A DNA stretch of 64,000 bases from an uncultured Acidobacteriota bacterium (GCA_963764715.1 CAVXTP010000021.1:96001-160000), one strand, 5' to 3'. Shown: positions 26,854 through 37,398, numbered from the stretch's first letter. Notes: generated by a model from the letters alone, not told the origin. Translations and numbers: made by a program.

Positions 26854-27433
26854 GCTTGATCGAGCAGCCGAACGCCTTCGTTTCGACCTTGGCCACCGGC
26901 TGGCCGGCGAGGATCTGGTCGAGGGCGTTCTTCAGGTCCGGCGAGGCGACCTTCGTCGGCTCTTCGTAGTTCTCGTCGATCCGGCCGTGGTAGAGGAGTT
27001 TCCCGTCGGCGCCGACGACGAAGATCTCGGGCGTGTGCTTGGCGTCGTAGAGGTCGGCCACCTTGTTGCCCGGATCCTTGGCGAGCGTGAAGCCGAACTT
27101 GTGCTGGCTCGCGTGGGCCTTGACCTCGGCCTCGGGCTCCGTCTTGTTGCTGTTGATGCCGACGAAGAGAATGCCCTTTTTGGCGTAGTCGTCGGCCATC
27201 TGGCGCATCCGGTCGTTGTAGGCGTTCGAGTAGGGGCACTTGGTCGCGATGAACATCAGGACGACAGCCTTGTGGGACTTCTCGGCGTCGGCGAGCGAGA
27301 AGGCCTTCCCGTCGATCGTCGTCAGCTGAAAGTTCGGCGCGGCCGCCCCGATCGCGGGTCCGTCGGCCAGGGCAGAGCCGGCCAGGCCGAGCATCGCCGC
27401 CAATCCCAGGGCAATTCTGAGCTTCTTCATCAC
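26846..27433 (-). CDS. Secreted thioredoxin/AhpC-TSA family redoxin
   Basis: APNFQL, ATKCPYS, TPEIFV, YHGRIDE, FGCSIK. Confidence 0.88.
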   Translation of the reverse strand: MMKKLRIALGLAAMLGLAGSALADGPAIGAAAPNFQLTTIDGKAFSLADAEKSHKAVVLMFIATKCPYSNAYNDRMRQMADDYAKKGILFVGINSNKTEPEAEVKAHASQHKFGFTLAKDPGNKVADLYDAKHTPEIFVVGADGKLLYHGRIDENYEEPTKVASPDLKNALDQILAGQPVAKVETKAFGCSIKRA

Positions 27434-27499
27434 GCGGTTCTCCTTATTGCTTCGCTCGAAATCGAGCCTCGAGCCCGATTATTCCCCGGCCGGGCTTCC

Positions 27500-27907
27500 T
27501 CAGCCCGAGCGCGGCCGCAGCCACCGGCGCCTCGGCGGGCCGGCCTCGAGCGCCGCGATCCGGGCCTCCAGCGCGTCGACCCGGCGCGCCAGGTCCCGGA
27601 GGGCCTGGCCGTCGGCCGCGCCCGCGTTCCGGACGCGCTCGACCTCCTCGCGGAGGGCTTCGGCGTCGCCGGCGGACATGAGCACGCGCCGGACCTCCGC
27701 GAGCCCGAGCCCCTCGGACTCGGTCAGGCGGCGGACCGCCGTGAAGCGCTGCACGTCGCCGTCGCCGTAGCGGCGGTGCCCCCCGGAGGTCTTGCGGATG
27801 TGGAAGAGCCCCGGCAGCTCCCGCTCGTAGAAGCGCAGCGTCGAAACCGGGATCCCGGTCCGCGCCGCCACCGCGGAGATCGACAGGCCGGACGGCTCGG
27901 GCGGCAT
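27500..27907 (-). CDS. MerR-family HTH regulator
   Basis: ISAVAARTGIPVSTLRFYE...GGHRRY; coiled-coil tail. Confidence 0.88.
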   Translation of the reverse strand: MPPEPSGLSISAVAARTGIPVSTLRFYERELPGLFHIRKTSGGHRRYGDGDVQRFTAVRRLTESEGLGLAEVRRVLMSAGDAEALREEVERVRNAGAADGQALRDLARRVDALEARIAALEAGPPRRRWLRPRSG

Positions 27908-27928
27908 GGCCCCCGCGGGCGCTCCCGC

Positions 27929-28306
27929 TTACACCGCGAAGAGCGGCCGGATCACCACCGGATCGAACTTCCAGAGGTACTTGTAGGCCCCGTTGAAGAA
28001 GTCGATCGTGATCTCGTAGTGCGCCTCGACGGTGATCGAGTCGCGCTGCTTGGTGATCTTGAGGTTTTCCTTCTTGATCGGGAGCCTGAGCTCGTCGGCC
28101 TTTCTCAGGATCTCGAACTCGATGAACTTCGGGTCCTTGATCGAGCCGAACGCCGCCTGCTCCTGCATGGCGTCGTAGAACTCGGAGGTGGCGATCTTGA
28201 CCGGGACGACCTTCCAGAGCAGGTAGGCGACGAGCCCCAGGACGACGAGCCAGACGATGCACCCGAAGTTGGCGCCGCCGCGAATCCCTCGCCGTGACCG
28301 TGTCAT
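27929..28306 (-). CDS. Single-TM hypothetical protein (DUF4845-like)
   Basis: Pilin-like N-terminal RGG + TM; position after lepA-lepB as in other bacteria. Confidence 0.65.
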   Translation of the reverse strand: MTRSRRGIRGGANFGCIVWLVVLGLVAYLLWKVVPVKIATSEFYDAMQEQAAFGSIKDPKFIEFEILRKADELRLPIKKENLKITKQRDSITVEAHYEITIDFFNGAYKYLWKFDPVVIRPLFAV

Positions 28307-28357
28307 GCCTTGTTCCCCTCCGATTCCGTCTGCCTCGATTCTAACCCGGCTGGCCTC

Positions 28358-29062
28358 TCAACGGACCGGAAGAAACGAGCGGTCCCACCGCATTCGCGCG
28401 AGCGCGTCGCGGATCGCGCCGAGCGGGGACGGCGCCGGCGCGTCCGCCGGACGCGGCGCGATCGACCAGTACACGAGGAGCGCGCGGCCCACGAGATGGC
28501 TTCGGGGGACCGGGCCCCACGCACGGCTGTCGCTCGAGTCGTCGCGGTTGTCTCCCATGACGAAGTACGCGTCGTCCGGCACGCGCAGGGGCGCGAGCTG
28601 GTCTCGGCGGCGGCGGTCGTCCGGAACGCCAGGGTCGTCGGGCCAGACGCGGTCGTCGGCGTGGAACACGTAGGGCTCCTCGAGGCGCCGCCCGTCGATC
28701 GAGACGGCCCGGTCTCGGATCGCGATCGTCTCGCCCGGCAGGCCGACGACGCGCTTGATGAAGTCGCGGCGCGGGTCCCCGGGGAAGCGGAAGACGAGGA
28801 CGTCGCCGCGCCGGACCGCGCGGCCCGGGAAGAGCGCCGCCCACGGCGCGAACGGCGCGTAGAGGAAGCGGTTGACGAGGAGGCGGTCGCCCGTCAGGAC
28901 CGTCTTCTCCATCGAGGGGCTCGGCACGGCGAAGGCCTGGAAGAGAAACGTTCGGGCGAAGAGAGCGAACACGACCGCGGCGACGAGCGGGTCCGCCCGT
29001 TCGCGCCGCGGCCGGGCGGGGGCCGGAGCGTCTACCGGACCACCGTGAACATCCGGTCCCAT
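28358..29062 (-). CDS. lepB: Signal peptidase I (second copy)
   Basis: VPSPSMEKT, GDVLVF, FIKRVVGLPGE, MGDNRDDSSDSR. Confidence 0.88.
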   Translation of the reverse strand: MGPDVHGGPVDAPAPARPRRERADPLVAAVVFALFARTFLFQAFAVPSPSMEKTVLTGDRLLVNRFLYAPFAPWAALFPGRAVRRGDVLVFRFPGDPRRDFIKRVVGLPGETIAIRDRAVSIDGRRLEEPYVFHADDRVWPDDPGVPDDRRRRDQLAPLRVPDDAYFVMGDNRDDSSDSRAWGPVPRSHLVGRALLVYWSIAPRPADAPAPSPLGAIRDALARMRWDRSFLPVR

Positions 29063-29796
29063 CGCGTCCGGGAGAAGAAGTGGATGGCGACGTCGGCGAG
29101 CTGCCGGATCTTGGCGACGGGGCCGCGCCAGATGTGGGAGTTCGGCTCGGCCTCATAGCTCCAGTACAGGAGCGACGGCCGGCCGAAGATGTTGGCCCGC
29201 GGGATGGCGCCCCAGTAGCGCGAGTCGAGGGAATTGTCGCGGTTGTCGCCCATCCCGAAGAACGAGTCGGGCGGGACCTGGAAGGGCCCGAACTGGTCGC
29301 GCCGCCGCGCCATGTCGGGAACGCCGGGATTGTCGGGGTACGTCTCGGGATCGATGTGCTGGATCGACGGCACGTCGTAGGGCTTCCCGTTGACGAGGAG
29401 CCGCTTGTTCACGACCTGGACCGTGTCGCCGCCCCTGGCCACCGCGCGCTTGACCAGCACGTTGCCGGGATTCAGGTCGTCGCCCGGCTTCTTGAAGACG
29501 ACGATGTCGCCGGGCTTCACGTCGCGGTAGGGCAGGAACTTCGCCAGCGCCGGCAGGCGGGGCGCGAAGGCGAACTTGTTGACGAGCAGGTGGTCGCCGA
29601 CGAGGATCGTCCGCTCCATCGAGCCTGTCGGCACCTGGTAAGTCTGCACGACGAAGGTGCGGACGAAGAGGACGAAGACGCCGGCCACGAGCAGCGACTC
29701 GTACCACTCGCGCAGCGTCGAGTGCTTGTGCGCGGGCGGCTCGTCCGCGGAGGCGGCGGGGGAGGCGGGCGAAGGGGACGCGGTTCGGTTTTTCAT
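29032..29796 (-). CDS. lepB: Signal peptidase I
   Basis: C-terminal part of ORF 29032..31302 from MKNRTAS; [28 protein letters not shown]. Confidence 0.92.
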   Translation of the reverse strand: MKNRTASPSPASPAASADEPPAHKHSTLREWYESLLVAGVFVLFVRTFVVQTYQVPTGSMERTILVGDHLLVNKFAFAPRLPALAKFLPYRDVKPGDIVVFKKPGDDLNPGNVLVKRAVARGGDTVQVVNKRLLVNGKPYDVPSIQHIDPETYPDNPGVPDMARRRDQFGPFQVPPDSFFGMGDNRDNSLDSRYWGAIPRANIFGRPSLLYWSYEAEPNSHIWRGPVAKIRQLADVAIHFFSRTRWDRMFTVVR

Positions 29797-31592
29797 TCGA
29801 CTTTCAGCACGGCGAGGAACGCTTCCTGCGGGATGTCCACGCGGCCCACCCGCTTCATGCGTTTCTTGCCCTCCTTCTGTTTCTCGAGCAGCTTGCGCTT
29901 GCGCGTGATGTCGCCGCCGTAGCACTTGGCCAGCACGTTCTTGCGGATCGCCGAGACCTGCTCCCGGGCGATGATCTTCGAGCCGATCGCGGCCTGGATC
30001 ACGACTTCGAACATCTGCCGGGGGATGATTTCTTTCATCTTCGCCGTCAGGAACCGCCCCTTCACGACCGCCTCCTCGCGGTGGACGATCAGGGACAGGG
30101 CGTCGACCGGGTCCCCGTTGACGAGGAGGTCGAGCTTGACGAGGTCGCCCTCCCGGTAACCCTGGAACTCGTAGTCGAAGGAGGCGTAGCCCTTCGAGAT
30201 CGACTTGAGCTTGTCGTAGAAGTCGAGGACGACCTCGTTCAACGGGAAGTCGTAGATCAGCACGACCCGGTTGGAGGCCAGGTACTCCAGCGACTTCTGG
30301 GTCCCGCGCCGCTCCTCGCAGAGCTTCAGCAGTCCGCCGAGGAACTCGTCGCGCGTGATGATCGTCGCCGTGATGTACGGCTCTTCGACCTTCTGGATGT
30401 AGTTGGGCGCCGGAAGGTGGTTGGGGTTGACGATCTCGAGGATCTCGCCCCGGGTGTTGGTGACGCGGTAGTTGACGCCGGGCGCCGTCGTGATGAGGTC
30501 GAGGTCGAACTCGCGCTCGAGGCGCTCCTGGATGATCTCCATGTGGAGGAGCCCGAGGAACCCGCACCGGAAACCGAAGCCGAGCGCGGTCGAGTTCTCG
30601 GGCTCGAAGGAGAACGACGCGTCGTTGAGGCGGAGCTTCTCCATGGCGTCGCGCAGGTTGGCGTACTCGTCGGCGTCGGTCGGGAAGAGGCCGGCGAAGA
30701 CCATGGGCTTGGCCTCGGCGAAGCCCTCGAGCGGCTCGGCGGTCGGCCGCTTGATCTCGGTGATGGTGTCGCCGATGCGGGTCGAGTGGAGGTCCTTGAT
30801 GTTGCCCCAGAACGAGCCGACCTCCCCGACCGAGAGCTCCGACACCTCCTCGGCCTGCGGCCGGAAGACGCCGAGGGCCTCGACGTCGGTTTCGAGGCCG
30901 GTCCCCATGGCGCGGATCTTGGCGTGCGGCAGCAGACGCCCGTCCACGATGCGGACGAGCGAGGTGACGCCGCGGTAGGAGTCGTACCAGGAATCGAAGA
31001 GGAGCGCCTTGAGCGGCGCGTCGGGATCGCCCTGGGGAGGCGGCACGACCTGGACGATCCTCTCGAGGAGCTCGTCGATGCCGATGCCCATTTTGGCCGA
31101 GGTCAGGACGGCATCGTGCGCGGGGATGCCGACGACCTGCTCGATCTGCTCTCGCGCCTTCTCGGGCTCGGCGGAGGGCAGGTCGATCTTGTTGATGACC
31201 GGGACGATCGTGAGGTTGTGGTGCGTGGCGAGGTAGGCGTTGGCGAGGGTCTGGGCCTCGACGCCCTGCGTGGCGTCGACGACGAGAACCGCGCCCTCGC
31301 ACGCCGCCAGCGAGCGCGAGACCTCGTAGGAGAAGTCGACGTGGCCGGGCGTGTCGATGAGGTTGAGGACGTACGTGTGGCCGTCCTGCGCCTTGTAGCT
31401 GAGCGTGACCGCGCGGGCCTTGATCGTGATCCCGCGCTCCTTTTCGAGGTCCATGTCGTCGAGCATCTGCTCGTGCATTTCGCGCGCGGTCACGGCTCCG
31501 CAGCGCTGCAGGATGCGGTCCGACAGCGTCGTCTTCCCGTGGTCGATGTGGGCGACGATCGAGAAGTTGCGGATGTACCTGGGATCGGTCAT
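29793..31592 (-). CDS. lepA: Elongation factor 4
   Basis: [57 protein letters not shown]. Confidence 0.98.
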   Translation of the reverse strand: MTDPRYIRNFSIVAHIDHGKTTLSDRILQRCGAVTAREMHEQMLDDMDLEKERGITIKARAVTLSYKAQDGHTYVLNLIDTPGHVDFSYEVSRSLAACEGAVLVVDATQGVEAQTLANAYLATHHNLTIVPVINKIDLPSAEPEKAREQIEQVVGIPAHDAVLTSAKMGIGIDELLERIVQVVPPPQGDPDAPLKALLFDSWYDSYRGVTSLVRIVDGRLLPHAKIRAMGTGLETDVEALGVFRPQAEEVSELSVGEVGSFWGNIKDLHSTRIGDTITEIKRPTAEPLEGFAEAKPMVFAGLFPTDADEYANLRDAMEKLRLNDASFSFEPENSTALGFGFRCGFLGLLHMEIIQERLEREFDLDLITTAPGVNYRVTNTRGEILEIVNPNHLPAPNYIQKVEEPYITATIITRDEFLGGLLKLCEERRGTQKSLEYLASNRVVLIYDFPLNEVVLDFYDKLKSISKGYASFDYEFQGYREGDLVKLDLLVNGDPVDALSLIVHREEAVVKGRFLTAKMKEIIPRQMFEVVIQAAIGSKIIAREQVSAIRKNVLAKCYGGDITRKRKLLEKQKEGKKRMKRVGRVDIPQEAFLAVLKVE

Positions 31593-31659
31593 TTCGAACG
31601 AGCCCGGCATGATATCCGACCGTCGCTTCGGCTCCGCGGGGGGACCTGCGCCGTCGGGG

Positions 31660-32700
31660 CTAAGTCCCTAAGGGCCAGCGGGACCTTGCCTGGGCCTCCT
31701 CGAGCGGGCGCGGGCCCTCCCGCCGGTGTCGCAGCAACCCCGCCCACGCGATCATCGCGGCGTTGTCGGTCGTGAAGGCGCGGTCGGGCAGGTGCACGGG
31801 GACCCGGTTCCGCTCGCCCCAGGCCGAGAGGGTCGCGCGTAGCTCGGAGTTCGCCGCGACCCCTCCCGAGAGGGCGAGCGCCTGGATGCCTTCGTCGGCG
31901 TGCACCTCGTCGACCCGCGACACGAGGGCGGACACGATCGCCCGCTGGAACGAGGCGAGCAGGTCGACGAGCTCGGGATCGAGGGCGTCGGCGTCGAGCG
32001 GCGAGCCGTCGACGCAGCGCCGCTGGAGCTCGCGGAGCATCGCCGTCTTCAGGCCCGAGAACGAGAAGTCCCGGGACCCCTCGACGCGGCCGACCGGGAA
32101 CGGAAAGCGGTCGCCCTTCCCGCGGGCGGCGACGCGGTCGACGACGGGGCCGCCGGGATAGCCGAGCCCCGCGCGGCGGGCGATCTTGTCGAAGGCCTCG
32201 CCCGGCGCGTCGTCGCGCGTGCGCGCCAGCGGAACGATGCGGTCGGGCTCCACGCGGACGAGCTCGGCGTGCCCGCCCGAGACGACGAGCCCGTGGAACG
32301 GGAAGTCGATCGGGAGCGGCCGCTCGCCCTTCGGGCGCAGGAACGCCGAAAAGAGATGCCCCTCGAGATGGTTGACGCCGACGAGCGGGATGCCGCGCGC
32401 GAAGGCGAGCGCCCGGGCGGCCGAGAGCCCGACGAGGAGGGCCCCGATGAGCCCCGGCCCCGCGGTCGCGGCCACGAGGCCGACGTCTTCGAGCTTCACG
32501 CCGGCGCGGGCGAGGGCGTCCTCGAGGGCCGCCGGCAGATTCTCGAGGTGCGCGCGCGCGGCGACCTCGGGCACGACGCCCCCGTAGAGCGCGTGCGCCG
32601 CCATCTGCGACGAAACGACGTTCGAGAGGACCCGCCCCTCGCCGTCGAGGACGGCGACGGAGGTCTCGTCGCAGGAGGTTTCGACGCCGAGGACGATCAC
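31660..32700 (-). CDS. tsaD: tRNA threonylcarbamoyladenosine transferase subunit
   Basis: GTG start [55 protein letters not shown]. Confidence 0.95.
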   Translation of the reverse strand: MIVLGVETSCDETSVAVLDGEGRVLSNVVSSQMAAHALYGGVVPEVAARAHLENLPAALEDALARAGVKLEDVGLVAATAGPGLIGALLVGLSAARALAFARGIPLVGVNHLEGHLFSAFLRPKGERPLPIDFPFHGLVVSGGHAELVRVEPDRIVPLARTRDDAPGEAFDKIARRAGLGYPGGPVVDRVAARGKGDRFPFPVGRVEGSRDFSFSGLKTAMLRELQRRCVDGSPLDADALDPELVDLLASFQRAIVSALVSRVDEVHADEGIQALALSGGVAANSELRATLSAWGERNRVPVHLPDRAFTTDNAAMIAWAGLLRHRREGPRPLEEAQARSRWPLGT

Positions 32701-33116
32701 GGAAGGACCGTGAACCCTTCGCGCCGTGCGCAGTCGCGCAGGCGGTCGTCGAGGCAGACGAAGGGGAGCGACTCCGGGCGATCGTCCGAGGCGATCAGGG
32801 CCGCCCCGAGCTGCAGAGCGTCGGCGGCGCGCAGCGCATGCGTCCGTACGAGGCGCAGGGCACGGGCCCGGACCTGGTCGAAGGCCGTTACGGCGCGCCA
32901 CTTCCCGACGAGCTTGGCGATGTCCACCCGCGCGGCCTCGAGGGGCTTCTCGCCGAGACCTTCTCGCTCGCGCCGGGCCAGAGCGGATGCGATCTCGACC
33001 TCCGTCAAGGACCAGACCGTTTGCTCCGGGTCCTCCTCGCGCATCGCTCGCAGAACCGGAGTGCGTGCCTCCTCGATGACGAGAGACACGATCGCGGAGC
33101 TGTCCCAGTACTTCAT
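32697..33116 (-). CDS. vapC: VapC-type PIN-domain toxin
   Basis: YWDSSAIV, EVEIASAL, LRAADALQLGAA, FVCLDDRLRDCARREG. Confidence 0.9.
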   Translation of the reverse strand: MKYWDSSAIVSLVIEEARTPVLRAMREEDPEQTVWSLTEVEIASALARREREGLGEKPLEAARVDIAKLVGKWRAVTAFDQVRARALRLVRTHALRAADALQLGAALIASDDRPESLPFVCLDDRLRDCARREGFTVLP

Positions 33117-33403
33117 CGGCCGGTGCGGCGTTCCTCGAGCAGCGCCTCGAGGATCGAAAACTTCGGATCGATCTTGATCGGCGGCCCGAGGACGATGGGG
33201 CCGGCATTGCGCGGCGGGGACAGGATGCCGCGGCGCTCCGCGTCGCGCACCCAGTCGGGAATCCGGTCGTCCGCCGGCGCGATGGGCTCGATGCGCGCGA
33301 TCGGCGTATCGCGGTCGTAGACGATGACCGTCTCACCCTTTCGGACCCGCGCGAGATACTCCGAGAGCCCGTCCCGGAGCTCTGAAATTCTGGCGTTCTT
33401 CAT
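33113..33403 (-). CDS. Phd/YefM-family antitoxin
   Basis: ISELRDGLSEYLARVRKGETVIVYDRDTPIARIEP; ATGA overlap with toxin. Confidence 0.9.
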   Translation of the reverse strand: MKNARISELRDGLSEYLARVRKGETVIVYDRDTPIARIEPIAPADDRIPDWVRDAERRGILSPPRNAGPIVLGPPIKIDPKFSILEALLEERRTGR

Positions 33404-33427
33404 GACGCCATTATAGCCAGATTGGAT

Positions 33428-33493
33428 CAGTAAGCGGTAAGCAGTAAGCCGAGCGGAGTCAATTGCCCGCTTACTGCTTACTGCCTCCTACAG
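33428..33493. repeat. Inverted heptamer repeat hairpin
   Basis: CAGTAAG CGGTAAG CAGTAAG ... GCTTACT GCTTACT GCCTCCT. Confidence 0.85.
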
Positions 33494-34523
33494 CCTCCCG
33501 GAGGCTCTCGCCGTACGGCGGCCGGCAGACCCCGCGGTCCGTCACGATCGCCGTCACGTACCTGGCCGGCGTGACGTCGAAGGCCACGTGGCGGGCGGAG
33601 ACGCCGGCCGGAGCGATCGACTGGCCGGCGAAGGACAGGACCTCGGCGGCGGCGCGCTCCTCGATCGGGATCGCGGACCCGTCGGGGCAGCCGAGGTCGA
33701 CCGTCGTGGTCGGCGCGGCCACGTAGAACGGGACGCCGTTCTCGCGGGCGAGCACCGCGAGGGTGTACGTGCCGATCTTGTTCGCGACGTCGCCGTTCGA
33801 CGCGATGCGGTCGGCGCCGACGACGACCGCCTCGATCTCGCCGCGCGCGAGGAAGTGGCCGGCCATGCTGTCGGTCATCAGCTCGACCGGGATCGCGTCG
33901 CGCGACAGCTCCCAGGCCGTCAGGCGCGCGCCCTGGAGGAACGGACGCGTCTCGCAAGCGAGCACGCGGATGGGCTTGCCGGCCTCGACCGCTCCCCGGA
34001 TCATGCCGAGCGCCGTTCCGTATCCGGCCGTGGCGAGGGCCCCGGCGTTGCAGTGCGTCAGGACGGCCCGGCGCCCCGTCAGGAGCTCCTGCCCGTAGCG
34101 CCCGATGCGAAGGCAGGCCGCGATGTCCTCGGCCGCGATGGCGTCGGCCTCCGCCGTCAACGCCTCCTCGATCGCCTCGGGCGGCCGGTCGGCGACCGTC
34201 GCGAAGGCGCGCTCCATCCGCTCGAGGGCCGCGAAGAGGTTGACGGCGGTGGGCCGGGTCGACGCGAGCAGACGCGCGGCGGTGCGGAAGCGCTCGGCGG
34301 GAGGCGTCGTGGTCCCGCTCCGCATCGCGAACGCCGCGCCGTAGCCGGCGGCCACGCCGATCGCCGGAGCGCCGCGCACCGCCATGTCCCGGATCGCCAG
34401 GGCGATCTCCGGCGCCGTCTCGAGCGAGAGCCAGACCTCGGCGCCGGGCAGGAGGCGCTGGTCGAGGAGGGCGAGCCGGCGACCGTCGCGATAGAGGGGC
34501 CGCAGGATTTCGTCCGGCTTCAC
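33471..34523 (-). CDS. mtnA: S-methyl-5-thioribose-1-phosphate isomerase
   Basis: C-terminal part of ORF 33471..36170; LLDQRLLP, VRGAPAIG, RPTAVNL, LTHCNAGALAT, ETRPFLQGARLT, NKIGTY. Confidence 0.95.
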   Translation of the reverse strand: MKPDEILRPLYRDGRRLALLDQRLLPGAEVWLSLETAPEIALAIRDMAVRGAPAIGVAAGYGAAFAMRSGTTTPPAERFRTAARLLASTRPTAVNLFAALERMERAFATVADRPPEAIEEALTAEADAIAAEDIAACLRIGRYGQELLTGRRAVLTHCNAGALATAGYGTALGMIRGAVEAGKPIRVLACETRPFLQGARLTAWELSRDAIPVELMTDSMAGHFLARGEIEAVVVGADRIASNGDVANKIGTYTLAVLARENGVPFYVAAPTTTVDLGCPDGSAIPIEERAAAEVLSFAGQSIAPAGVSARHVAFDVTPARYVTAIVTDRGVCRPPYGESLREAVGGSKQ

Positions 34524-36208
34524 CTCGTCTCCCGGACGACGAGCGCCGCGCCGGAACCTCGCGGATCGGCGACGGGGTTGAGCGTGCCGTCCGGCTCGAC
34601 GGCGATGGCGTGGACGCTCCCGATGCGGCCCCGCTCCGTGATCTGGTGTCCCATCGCCCGGAGCGCGTCGATCCACGCGGCGTCGAACCGGCCGCGCTCG
34701 ATCTGGATCGCGTCGGGCCGGTCCTGCTGGTGGAAGCGCGGCGCCGCGACGGCCTCCTCGAGGCCCTGGCGGCGGAGCACGCGGTTGAGGAGGACCTGAA
34801 GGTTCGTCGTCGGGATCGTCGAGCCGCCCGGCGTTCCCCACACGAGCACGACCTTGCCTCCGGCGGCCGCGATCGAGGGGCACATGGCCGAGAGCATGCG
34901 CTTGCCCGGGCCGACGGCGTTCGACTCGCCCTGGATCAACCCGTACATGTTGGGCTCGCCCGGGCGCGTCGCGAAGTCGTCCATCTCGTTGTTCCACAGA
35001 AAGCCGAGTCCGGGGGCCACGCGCGCGTTGCCGAACGAGTCGTTGAGCGTCGTCGTCACGGAAACGGCCATCCCGTCGTCGTCGATGACCGAGAAGTGCG
35101 TGGTCGTCGGCTTCTCGCCCGGGAGCGGCGGCAGCTCCGCGATCGGCGTGGCGCGGTCGGGCTTGATCGTGGCGACGAGGGCCTGGAGCCGCGTCGGATC
35201 GGTGAAGAGCTTCGGATCGAAGGTGGCGAACGCCGGATCGCCCATCCAGCGGTTCCGGTCGCGGAAGGCGCGCTTCTCGATCTCGGCGAGCCAGTGGGCC
35301 GATTCGGGCCCGGCCGGCCGGATGCGCTCGGCGCCCGCGATCTCCGCCATGAGAGCCATCTCCGCGAGAACGGGCCCCGAGGACGGGGCCGGCGGAGTCA
35401 CGACCTCGAGACCCTGGAAACGGAAGCGCACGGGCTTGCGCGACCTGGCTTCGTAGCGCGCGAGGTCGCCGCGCGTGATGATTCCTCCGGCGCGCTTCTG
35501 CCCGTCCTCGATCGCCCGGGCCACCCGGCCGCGATAGAAGCCGTCCTCGCCGCGGTCGCGGATCGCCTCGAGCGTGCGCGCCAGGTCCGGCTGGCGGAAG
35601 AGGACGCCCGGAGCGGGCGGCGCGCCCCCCGGCAGGAAGATACGCGCGGTCGGGACGTCCGCCGCGAGCCGCTTCTGCTCGTCGGCGATCGACTCGGAGA
35701 TCGCGGCGGTCATGACGAAGCCGTCGCGGGCGAGCTTGACGGCGGGGTCGACGACCGTCTTCCACGGCAGCCGGCCGGCCCGTCGATGCGCGAGGGCGAG
35801 ACCCGCGACCGAGCCGGGGACCCCGGAGGCGAGCGGGCCCTCGAGCGAAGAGGGCGGCGCCTTGCCGGCGCGCGGCGCGGTGTAGAGGTCGCGGCGGGCG
35901 GCGCGGGGCGCCATCTCGCGGAAGTCGAGCGTCAGCACCTTGCCGGCCGCGTCCCGCGACGTCCAGAAGCCGCCGCCCCCGATGTTTCCGGCCTCGGGCC
36001 AGGTCACGGCGAGGGCGAAAGCGACCGCGACCGCAGCGTCGGCCGCGTTGCCGCCCCCTTCGAGGATGGCGATGCCGACCCGCGCGGCGTTCTCCTCGGC
36101 CGCGGCCACGGCGCCCCCCGCGCCCCGCGCCGACCGGGGGGCCGGAGCGGCGGCGGCGACGGCCGCCCACAGAACGAGGGCCAGCGCGGCGGTGAGGCGT
36201 CTTTTCAC
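34520..36208 (-). CDS. ggt: Gamma-glutamyltransferase
   Basis: GGNAADAAVA, GNIGGGGF, DFRE, TTHFSVID, NNEMDDF, GTPGGSTI, DPR. Confidence 0.95.
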   Translation of the reverse strand: MKRRLTAALALVLWAAVAAAAPAPRSARGAGGAVAAAEENAARVGIAILEGGGNAADAAVAVAFALAVTWPEAGNIGGGGFWTSRDAAGKVLTLDFREMAPRAARRDLYTAPRAGKAPPSSLEGPLASGVPGSVAGLALAHRRAGRLPWKTVVDPAVKLARDGFVMTAAISESIADEQKRLAADVPTARIFLPGGAPPAPGVLFRQPDLARTLEAIRDRGEDGFYRGRVARAIEDGQKRAGGIITRGDLARYEARSRKPVRFRFQGLEVVTPPAPSSGPVLAEMALMAEIAGAERIRPAGPESAHWLAEIEKRAFRDRNRWMGDPAFATFDPKLFTDPTRLQALVATIKPDRATPIAELPPLPGEKPTTTHFSVIDDDGMAVSVTTTLNDSFGNARVAPGLGFLWNNEMDDFATRPGEPNMYGLIQGESNAVGPGKRMLSAMCPSIAAAGGKVVLVWGTPGGSTIPTTNLQVLLNRVLRRQGLEEAVAAPRFHQQDRPDAIQIERGRFDAAWIDALRAMGHQITERGRIGSVHAIAVEPDGTLNPVADPRGSGAALVVRETR

Positions 36209-36213
36209 TGCGC

Positions 36214-36220
36214 TATTCTA
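36214..36220. promoter_or_regulatory. Overlapping bidirectional -10 elements (TATTCT / TAGAAT)
   Basis: Only 20 bp separate the divergent ggt GTG (36208) and pgk ATG (36229). Confidence 0.55.
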
Positions 36221-36228
36221 CCGGCCCG

Positions 36229-37398
36229 ATGAAGTCCATCCGGGATCTCCCCCTGCGGGGCCGCAAGCTCTTCCTGCGCGTCGATTTCAACGTTCCGCTC
36301 GAGGACGGCCGGGTCTCCGACGACACCCGCATCGTCGAGACGCTTCCGACCGTGCGCCTGGCCCGGGAAAGCGGCGCCCGCGTCATCTGCGCCTCGCACC
36401 TCGGCAAGCCCAAGGGCAAGCGCAGACCCGAGCTCTCGCTCGCGCCGGTCGCGGTGCGGTTCGCCGAGAAGCTGGGAGCCCCGGTGCGGTTCGTCGAGGA
36501 CTGCATCGGCCCCGAGGCCGCGCGCGCGGCCGACGCGCTCGGCGACGGCGAGGTCCTGCTCCTCGAGAACCTCCGGTTCCACGCCGGCGAGGAGGCGAAC
36601 GACCCCGAGTTTGCGAAGGCGCTCGCCGCCCTCGCGGATGTGTACGTCGATGACGCCTTCGGCGCGGCGCACCGCGCGCACGCATCGGTCGTGGGCGTGC
36701 CGAAGCTCATGACGGAGAAGGGCGCCGGGCTTCTCCTCGAGAAGGAGGTCCGCGAGCTGTCGCGCCTGCTCGAACCAGAACGGCCCTTCGCCGCGATCCT
36801 CGGCGGCGCAAAGATCTCCGGCAAGATCGACACGCTGCGCGTCCTGTCGCGGCGGGCGGACGTGCTGCTCGTCGGCGGGGGCATGGCCAACCACTTCGTC
36901 CGGGCGATCGGCCTGCCGGTCGGCCGCTCGCTCCTCGAGGAGGACAAGGTGGCGCTGGCGCGCGAGATCCTCGACTACTGCAAGGAGGCCGGGAAGACCA
37001 TCGCCCTGCCCTCGGACTTCGTCGTCGCGAAGTCGCCGGACGACGGCGCCGGCGCGCGGACGGTGTCGATCAACAGGATCCCCGAGGACGCGATGGCCCT
37101 CGACGTCGGGCCGAAGACGCTGGAACAGTTCGCGCGGCTCCTCGCGCCGGCGAAGACGATCTTCTGGAACGGGCCGATGGGCGTCTTCGAGAAGCCGCCC
37201 TTCGACCGGGGCACGCGCGCGCTCGCGATGCTCGTCGCGGACTCGAAGGCGGTGACCGTCGTGGGCGGAGGCGAGAGCGTGCAGGCCGCGCACGAGGCCG
37301 GCGTGGCCGACCGGTTCACGCACGTCTCGACCGGCGGCGGCGCGTCGCTCGAGTTCCTGGCGGAAGGAAAGCTTCCGGGCATCGAAGCGTTGAGCTGA
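36229..37398 (+). CDS. pgk: Phosphoglycerate kinase
   Basis: RVDFNVP, SHLGKP, LLENLRF, AHRAHAS, WNGPMGVFE, STGGGASLE. Confidence 0.98.
   Translation: MKSIRDLPLRGRKLFLRVDFNVPLEDGRVSDDTRIVETLPTVRLARESGARVICASHLGKPKGKRRPELSLAPVAVRFAEKLGAPVRFVEDCIGPEAARAADALGDGEVLLLENLRFHAGEEANDPEFAKALAALADVYVDDAFGAAHRAHASVVGVPKLMTEKGAGLLLEKEVRELSRLLEPERPFAAILGGAKISGKIDTLRVLSRRADVLLVGGGMANHFVRAIGLPVGRSLLEEDKVALAREILDYCKEAGKTIALPSDFVVAKSPDDGAGARTVSINRIPEDAMALDVGPKTLEQFARLLAPAKTIFWNGPMGVFEKPPFDRGTRALAMLVADSKAVTVVGGGESVQAAHEAGVADRFTHVSTGGGASLEFLAEGKLPGIEALS

Noticed and set aside
26260-27433. Selenocysteine recoding in the redoxin genes
   Set aside because: Active sites are encoded as Cys (CVPC, CPYS) with no in-frame TGA
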